Positions 58,394 through 64,000 of a stretch of DNA of 64,000 bases are shown here, in pieces (position 1 is the first letter of the stretch; each line of letters starts with the position of its first letter). This DNA comes from an uncultured Actinomycetes bacterium (GTDB taxonomy: Bacteria; Actinomycetota; Thermoleophilia; RBG-16-64-13): assembly GCA_963706025.1 (NCBI GenBank), contig CAVPLM010000003.1, positions 576,001 through 640,000 on the forward strand, in the 5' to 3' direction. The position numbers and the translations under genes are program-made. The notes below the pieces were generated by a model. It searched no databases, was not told the origin of the DNA, and saw only the letters and a list, made by a program, of their open reading frames with translations.

Positions 58394-58526
58394 TGGACGA
58401 GGGGTCGACGTGGTATGGGACACGCGGGTGCACGATGGCGTCGTCTGCGCTTTCGTCCGGGACAACTCAGGCAATCTGGTGGAGTTCGTGGAACGGGAGT
58501 TGCCACATACTGCAGGGGTTCCGTAG
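58260..58526 (+). pseudogene. degenerate VOC/glyoxalase gene
   Basis: RVELF...IAYAV, then shifted frame RGVDVV...CAFVRDNSGNLVEFVE*. Confidence 0.55.
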
Positions 58527-58927
58527 GGCAGTGACGAGAACCGGCAGAAATGGGTGACCGTGAAGGCCTTCGGCCAATGATGGCGTGAACCGGGACTACT
58601 TCCCCTTACAACAATATCTGATTCGTACTAGAACGACGCCCATATGCGAAATCTTGTATTCATCAAATGATATGGTAGTATCGTCAATGGCAATCTACTC
58701 CTGGGGCCGGAGGAGTGGCATGGCGGTTGCGAGGGGCGGCGCGGCTTGCTTGGCCTGTTCGCCGATCTCTGATCGACTGTTGCCGACTTTGGTCCCCGGA
58801 GAAGTGCCCGTGTCCGCCCGCTGGCGACTAGCGTCTCGGCCATGATAGTGTAAGGACCGCGTGAGCCGAGTCCCGCGGGGCGGCGGCCACGTCGACGAGG
58901 ATCCGCGGGACATCGCGAGGGGGATGC

Positions 58928-59788
58928 ATGAGCCAAGCGTTGGTCACAGGACTGAACGGACTCTCTTACGCGTTCATCCTGTTCCTGTTGGCGGCCGGCT
59001 TCTCCCTCACCTTCGGCGTCATGGGTGTCCTCAACCTTGCCCACGGCGCCTTATACATGTTCGGTGCCTACGTGGGGCTTCAAGTCATCGCCGTGGTGGA
59101 TGCGTTCTGGCTGGCCGCAATCATCGCCGCCCTGTGTCTGGCCGTCATAGGTTTGGGCCTCTACTTCTTCTTCCTCAGGCATCTCTACAACAAGATACCC
59201 GAGCAGGCGGTGCTGACCATCGGCATCAGCTACATGGTGGCGAACGTCGTCCTATGGATCTGGGGCCCCAGGGCGCAGATCGGGATGACTCCGGAGTGGC
59301 TGCAGGGAACGATCTCGATCGGCGAATTGAGCTTCCCCATCTACCGCCTCTTCATCATGGGAGTCGGCCTCGTGATCCTGGGCCTTCTCTGGTGGATGCA
59401 GGACAAGACCCGCGCGGGAGCCATCATCCGAGCAGGCATGGATAACAAGGAGATGACGGTCAGCCTCGGCATCAACTACGGCCTGGTCAGTACTCTGGTG
59501 TTCTTGCTCGGGATGGCGCTGGCCGGACTGGCCGGTGTCATCGGCACGCCGGTCATAGGCGCGTACCCCTCGATGGGCGACAACCTGCTGCTCTTGACGC
59601 TCATCGTTGTCGTGGTCGGCGGCACCGGATACATCCAGGGCACCATGCTGGGGGCGCTTGTCATCGGTCTCGTGGATACGTTCGGCAAAGCGTACATCCC
59701 CGAGGCGGCCCTGTTCTTCTCCTACATCATCTTCTTGGCCGTTCTGCTGGTGAGGCCCAGCGGACTCATGGGTCGGAAGGTGTTCTGA
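58928..59788 (+). CDS. livH: Liv-type ABC permease
   Basis: GVLNLAHG, TRAG.IIRA, VVVVGG.G, RPSGLMG motifs. Confidence 0.92.
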   Translation: MSQALVTGLNGLSYAFILFLLAAGFSLTFGVMGVLNLAHGALYMFGAYVGLQVIAVVDAFWLAAIIAALCLAVIGLGLYFFFLRHLYNKIPEQAVLTIGISYMVANVVLWIWGPRAQIGMTPEWLQGTISIGELSFPIYRLFIMGVGLVILGLLWWMQDKTRAGAIIRAGMDNKEMTVSLGINYGLVSTLVFLLGMALAGLAGVIGTPVIGAYPSMGDNLLLLTLIVVVVGGTGYIQGTMLGALVIGLVDTFGKAYIPEAALFFSYIIFLAVLLVRPSGLMGRKVF

Positions 59789-60849
59789 TGGCCGAGCCGG
59801 CGGGAGGGCCTCCTCAGGGCGAAGATCGGAGTGTCAAGGGCGCGGGGTCTGCCGCTGCTCGCCGGACTCCACGTCCGTTCATCGCGGTCACCCTGCCGAT
59901 CCTCGTGATCGGTGTCATCGTCCTGGTGCTGCCGCTATTCATTCCCACGTTCGTGTCCAGCCTGGTCACGAAGATGATGATCTACGCCCTCTTCGGGTTG
60001 TCCCTGAACATAATCTGGGGCTATGCCGGTATCCCCAGCTTCGGCCACGCGGCCTTTTTCGGGGTGGGGGGCTACGCGACCGGGATCCTTATCCTGAAGG
60101 CCGGCATCGAGAGCTTCTGGCTCAACCTGCTGCTGGCCATCATCGCGACGGCGGTCATCGCCGCCATCCTCGGCGTTCCCGCGTTCCGGGTGTTCGGGGT
60201 GGGGGCAGGCGCCTCCAACCCGATCTACTTCCTGCTCGCCACGATCGCGTTCGGAGAGCTCCTGTCCAGGGGGGCCATCGCGCTGCGCCCGATCACCGGG
60301 GGATCCACCGGCTTGGCCGGGATCCCCGAACCCAACCTCGGCTTCGGCATCCAGATCGACTCCGGCAACTACTACTACATGGTGTTCGTCTTCTTGATCA
60401 TCTGTGCCTACATCATGTATCGGATAGTGAACTCCCACTACGGCTATGCTCTCCGAGGCATACACGACAACGAGCGACGCATGCAGGCCCTGGGCTACAA
60501 CACCTGGCTCTACAAGTACACGTCGTGGATCATCGCCGCCGTGTTCGGCGGTGTGGCCGGTGTCCTGTTCGCCTATTTCGGCTCCACTATGGTTCCGAAC
60601 AGCCTGGCCATGATCACCAGCGACATCGCCTTCCTGCTCGTCATAATGGGGAGCACGACCGTCTTCTTCGGCCCGATCGTCGCGAGCGTCGTCTACGTGG
60701 GGATCGAGTACATCGCCAGCCTCTACCTGCCCGCACGTTGGCCTCTCATCTTCGGGGCCATGTTCGTGGTGACCATCATGGTCATCCCGGAAGGGCTGGG
60801 AGTCTGGATACTCAAGGGTTGGAGGAGGCTCATCCGTGGCACTTCTTGA
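59788..60849 (+). CDS. livM: Liv-type ABC permease
   Basis: GYAG.PSFGHAAFFG, ITGGSTG, GIHDNE.R...LG, PEGL motifs. Confidence 0.92.
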   Translation: MAEPAGGPPQGEDRSVKGAGSAAARRTPRPFIAVTLPILVIGVIVLVLPLFIPTFVSSLVTKMMIYALFGLSLNIIWGYAGIPSFGHAAFFGVGGYATGILILKAGIESFWLNLLLAIIATAVIAAILGVPAFRVFGVGAGASNPIYFLLATIAFGELLSRGAIALRPITGGSTGLAGIPEPNLGFGIQIDSGNYYYMVFVFLIICAYIMYRIVNSHYGYALRGIHDNERRMQALGYNTWLYKYTSWIIAAVFGGVAGVLFAYFGSTMVPNSLAMITSDIAFLLVIMGSTTVFFGPIVASVVYVGIEYIASLYLPARWPLIFGAMFVVTIMVIPEGLGVWILKGWRRLIRGTS

Positions 60850-61597
60850 GACCCAAGGGCTTTCGGTGTATTTCGGCGGGTTGGCCGCGGTCAAGGACGT
60901 GACCTTCGGCATCGAACCGGGCGAAAGGTTGGCGCTTATCGGTCCAAATGGGGCCGGCAAGACGACGCTGTTCAACCTTCTCACCGGCCAATTGAAACCC
61001 TCGGCAGGCAAGGTGTATTTCAAGGGGCAGGACATCACCAATGCCTCGGTATTCTCCCGCACGCACATGGGCATGGCCCGCTCGTTCCAGATCACCAGCC
61101 TCTTCCCCTACCAGACGGTCGAGGTCAACGCTCTGATCGGACTCCAGGGAGTCGAGAAGAGCAGGTACGGCGTCTTTCGGCATTTCTTGAAGGACAAGGC
61201 ACTGCGGACCGCGGCTCAGGGGCTGCTCGAGTCCGTAGAGCTGTGGGATCTGAGAGACGAGACAGTCAGCTCGCTCGCTTACGGTCAGCAACGGAAGCTG
61301 GAGATGGCACTCAGCCTGGCCAGCGATCCGGAGCTGCTGATGCTGGACGAGCCAAGCTGCGGACTCACCACCACCGAAAGCGCGGACATCACCTCGCGCA
61401 TACGCGATCTAGGCTCCAAGATCACCGTCCTCATGATCGCTCACGACATGGATCTCGTCTTCGGCGTGGCCGAGCGGGTGATGCTCCTGCACTACGGAGA
61501 GATCGCCTGCGAGGGTACCTGCGAGGAGATCCGCTCCAACCAGATGGTGAGAGACATCTACATGGGCTCCCGCAAATCCCTGACCCATAGCGAGTGA
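60836..61597 (+). CDS. livG: Liv-type ABC ATPase
   Basis: FGGL.AV, GPNGAGKTT, LAYGQQR, LDEP, HDM motifs. Confidence 0.93.
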   Translation: MALLETQGLSVYFGGLAAVKDVTFGIEPGERLALIGPNGAGKTTLFNLLTGQLKPSAGKVYFKGQDITNASVFSRTHMGMARSFQITSLFPYQTVEVNALIGLQGVEKSRYGVFRHFLKDKALRTAAQGLLESVELWDLRDETVSSLAYGQQRKLEMALSLASDPELLMLDEPSCGLTTTESADITSRIRDLGSKITVLMIAHDMDLVFGVAERVMLLHYGEIACEGTCEEIRSNQMVRDIYMGSRKSLTHSE

Positions 61598-61604
61598 GCG
61601 ATCG

Positions 61605-62309
61605 ATGCTCGAGCTTCATGACATCCACACCTGGTATGGCGATAGCTACATACTCCAGGGTGTGACGCTGGAGGTGAAGGACGCGACCATCGTCGCCCTT
61701 CTCGGCAGGAACGGGATGGGTAAGACCACGACCATCCGCTCGATCATGGGGCTCACGCCGCCACGCATGGGAAGGATCGTGTTCAACGGCCAGGAGACCG
61801 TCGGGCTCAGTCCGCACAAGATCGCTCGGCTAGGCATCGGACTGGTTCCCCAGGGCAGGCTGATCTTCTCCTCACTCTCGGTGACCGAGAACCTGAAGAT
61901 GGCGGCGCGGGTAGGTGACAAGAAGGATCCCTGGACTCTCGAGAAGGTCTTCTCCGTATTCCCCAAGCTGGAGGAAAGGCGCAAGAACAAGGGCAATCTC
62001 CTGAGCGGCGGCGAGCAGCAGATGCTCACGATCGCCCGAGCGCTCATGACCAATCCCGATCTCGTCCTGTTCGACGAGCCTTCCGAGGGCCTTGCCCCCG
62101 TGGTGGTCGAAGAGGTGTTCAGGGTCATCGAGAACCTCAAGGCGTCCGGGCAGTCCATCCTCTTGGTGGAGCAGGACTTCGGTATGGCCATGAGCGTAGC
62201 CGACTATGCCTATATAATGAGCAAAGGCACTATCGTCTACGAATCCACGCCGGACGAACTGATCAACAACGAGAGCGTCAAGAGCGCATATCTGGGCGTG
62301 GGCGAGTGA
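61605..62309 (+). CDS. livF: Liv-type ABC ATPase
   Basis: GRNGMGKTT, LSGGEQQML, DEPSEGLAP, AYLG motifs. Confidence 0.93.
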   Translation: MLELHDIHTWYGDSYILQGVTLEVKDATIVALLGRNGMGKTTTIRSIMGLTPPRMGRIVFNGQETVGLSPHKIARLGIGLVPQGRLIFSSLSVTENLKMAARVGDKKDPWTLEKVFSVFPKLEERRKNKGNLLSGGEQQMLTIARALMTNPDLVLFDEPSEGLAPVVVEEVFRVIENLKASGQSILLVEQDFGMAMSVADYAYIMSKGTIVYESTPDELINNESVKSAYLGVGE

Positions 62310-62380
62310 GGTGCGGATGGAGTAGATGTCAGGACGATGGGGCGATGAGGGAAGATCCACGAAGAAGGAGGGGTGAAAGG

Positions 62381-63670
62381 ATGAACAAGAGACTTCTGAT
62401 CCTACTATTGGTAGCGGTCCTCGCGGTCAGTGTGTTCGCCGTCGCCTGCGGCGAAGAAGAGGAGACCACCACTACGGCGCCGCCCAGCAGCGAGACCACG
62501 GCACCACCGAGCAGCGAGACTACGGCGCCGCCCAGCAGCGACACTACTGTGGCGCCGAGCGGAGAACCGGTCAAGATCGGGTTCAACGAAGGCTTCACCG
62601 GCTTCATGGCCTACGACTGCGAGCTGGCCGAGAGGGGCATCAAGACCGCCTTCGCCATGCTCGACAACCAGATCCTGGGCCGGCCGATCGAGTACTTCCC
62701 CGAAGACAACGGTTCCGACCCCGTTGTGGCGGTCGACAAGGCCCGCAAACAGGTGGAGAGCGACGGGATCAACGTCATGATCGGCCCGATCTTCTCGCCT
62801 TCCGCCAAGGCGGTGGCCGACTTCCTGGGCAAGTCTACCGGCATACCGCAGATGTCCATCGTGGGGCAGCCCACGGAGAACCTGGAAACGGCCAATGGGC
62901 TGGCTTTCATTCACACCGGCTTCTTCGACTCCCATGGCTACTACTTCGGCAAGTTCCTGGCGGAGAAGGGCTACAAGACGGCCAACGTCATCAACTACGA
63001 TGACACTCCCGCTTACGCACTGACGGCCGGCCTTAAGAAGGCATTCGTCGACGAAGGTGGCGGAGAGGTGCTCAGCGAGAACTACGTGCCCCTGGACACG
63101 GTCGATTTCAGCGCCTATCTGTCGGCGATGAAGCCGGCCGACGTCACTGTTGTCTGGATCTTTGGCAACGGGGCCGTCCCCTTCGTGAAGCAGTACAACG
63201 ACTACGGCCTGACCGCACCGCTGGCCCACACGATGTCCAACAACTTCAGCGACGCCCAGTTGGCGGATTTGGGCGATCTCTCGTTGGGCATGCTGGCCTG
63301 CGACTACTACGCCTATGCGGTGGACAACCCCCTGAACGCGGAGTTCGTCGCGGCGCACCGGGAACTCTACAACGGTGAGCCGCCCACCCCGCAGGGCTAC
63401 GGGGCCTGGCAGGGCGTGATGATGTATGCCGAAGCCTTGAAGCTGACCAACGGCGACACCACTCCGGCGAAAGTGATCGAAGCCATGTCCGCCATGACCC
63501 TGGACACGCCCACCGGTAAGCTGGCGATGGTCCCCTACGAGGGGGCGTTCATCGGCACTCGCGACTTCTACATGCTAGAAGTGCAGAAGTTGGGCGATGT
63601 CTGGACCTGGGTGCCGGTCAAGACCTTCGAGAACGTCCTTCTGGGCACGCTCGACCAAGTAGTGAAATAG
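62381..63670 (+). CDS. LivK-type substrate-binding lipoprotein
   Basis: MNKR...AVA-C lipobox; VKIG, GRPIE...ED, IGP motifs. Confidence 0.9.
   Translation: MNKRLLILLLVAVLAVSVFAVACGEEEETTTTAPPSSETTAPPSSETTAPPSSDTTVAPSGEPVKIGFNEGFTGFMAYDCELAERGIKTAFAMLDNQILGRPIEYFPEDNGSDPVVAVDKARKQVESDGINVMIGPIFSPSAKAVADFLGKSTGIPQMSIVGQPTENLETANGLAFIHTGFFDSHGYYFGKFLAEKGYKTANVINYDDTPAYALTAGLKKAFVDEGGGEVLSENYVPLDTVDFSAYLSAMKPADVTVVWIFGNGAVPFVKQYNDYGLTAPLAHTMSNNFSDAQLADLGDLSLGMLACDYYAYAVDNPLNAEFVAAHRELYNGEPPTPQGYGAWQGVMMYAEALKLTNGDTTPAKVIEAMSAMTLDTPTGKLAMVPYEGAFIGTRDFYMLEVQKLGDVWTWVPVKTFENVLLGTLDQVVK
62462..62560. repeat. 24-bp tandem repeats encoding an ETTAPPSS linker
   Basis: TTAPPSS repeated three times plus a degenerate fourth copy. 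Confidence 0.8.
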
Positions 63671-63710
63671 TGTTCGTGCCGTCCTAGAGCGATCAGGACG
63701 CGAGATTTCC

Positions 63711-63752
63711 GCGGGGGGCTTCACGCTCGGCGTGAAGCCCCCCGCTTCTCTT
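63711..63752 (+). terminator. intrinsic terminator
   Basis: 16-bp stem GCGGGGGGCTTCACGC / GCGTGAAGCCCCCCGC followed by TTCTCTT. Confidence 0.8.
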
Positions 63753-63851
63753 GAACCGGCTTTTCCTGGGGCGGCCGCCTCCATCCCGCCGATCGGCGCC
63801 CGCTGAGCGGCGCCGCGCTCAAGCCACACGCGAAATCACGCGTATATAGCG

Positions 63852-63867
63852 TGGTATAGTTATACCA
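63852..63867. promoter_or_regulatory. palindromic operator
   Basis: TGGTATA-GT-TATACCA upstream of the next gene. Confidence 0.55.
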
Positions 63868-63917
63868 ACGTGACCGCACGTATCCCGCGCTGGAACGAAC
63901 GACACAAGGGGCATCTC

Positions 63918-64000
63918 GTGAAGATCGACGACGTCAAGAAGGTGGCGATTTTTGGGGCCGGCACGATGGGACCCGGCTTGGCGCAGGTGTTCGCTACCGC
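63918..64000 (+). CDS. 3-hydroxyacyl-CoA dehydrogenase family, partial (runs off the window)
   Basis: MKIDDVKKVAIFGAGTMGPGLAQVFA. Confidence 0.75.
   Translation, partial: MKIDDVKKVAIFGAGTMGPGLAQVFAT

Overview
GC-rich bacterial window, probably from an anaerobe. It encodes a W-type AOR, corrinoid methyltransferase systems, IorAB and ADP-forming acyl-CoA synthetases. The Thr/Pro-rich lipoprotein linkers are actinobacterial in style (Thermoleophilia-like is my inference only). From left to right: (1) 1-10.1 kb catabolic cluster with an OYE flavoenzyme, a VOC protein, a ketosteroid-isomerase-like NTF2 protein, AOR, corrinoid protein + UroD-family methyltransferase + CH3-THF methyltransferase, a split transketolase and a MoaD remnant. 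(2) 10.2-16 kb decayed accessory island with a lipoprotein, an hsdM remnant, two Fic genes, an AAA/DUF4143 ATPase and a TPR gene in two pieces. (3) Carnitine-type module: BKACE, ADP-forming acyl-CoA synthetase, carnitine dehydrogenase, SDR. (4) USP, vapBC, kdpFABCDE. (5) B12 radical SAM, RRM protein, and a CarH-like B12 domain coupled to an ABC exporter. (6) Two more UroD-family methyltransferases, a second corrinoid protein, a Liv-type ABC importer and a MerR-TetR regulator. (7) GntR-controlled EthD/LVIVD/ACD/IorAB block and a second Liv-type importer. Many single-base frameshifts, densest at 35-46 kb, look like sequencing indels. I saw no rRNA, tRNA, CRISPR array or intact mobile element. 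All calls come from recognising motifs by eye; no database searches were run.
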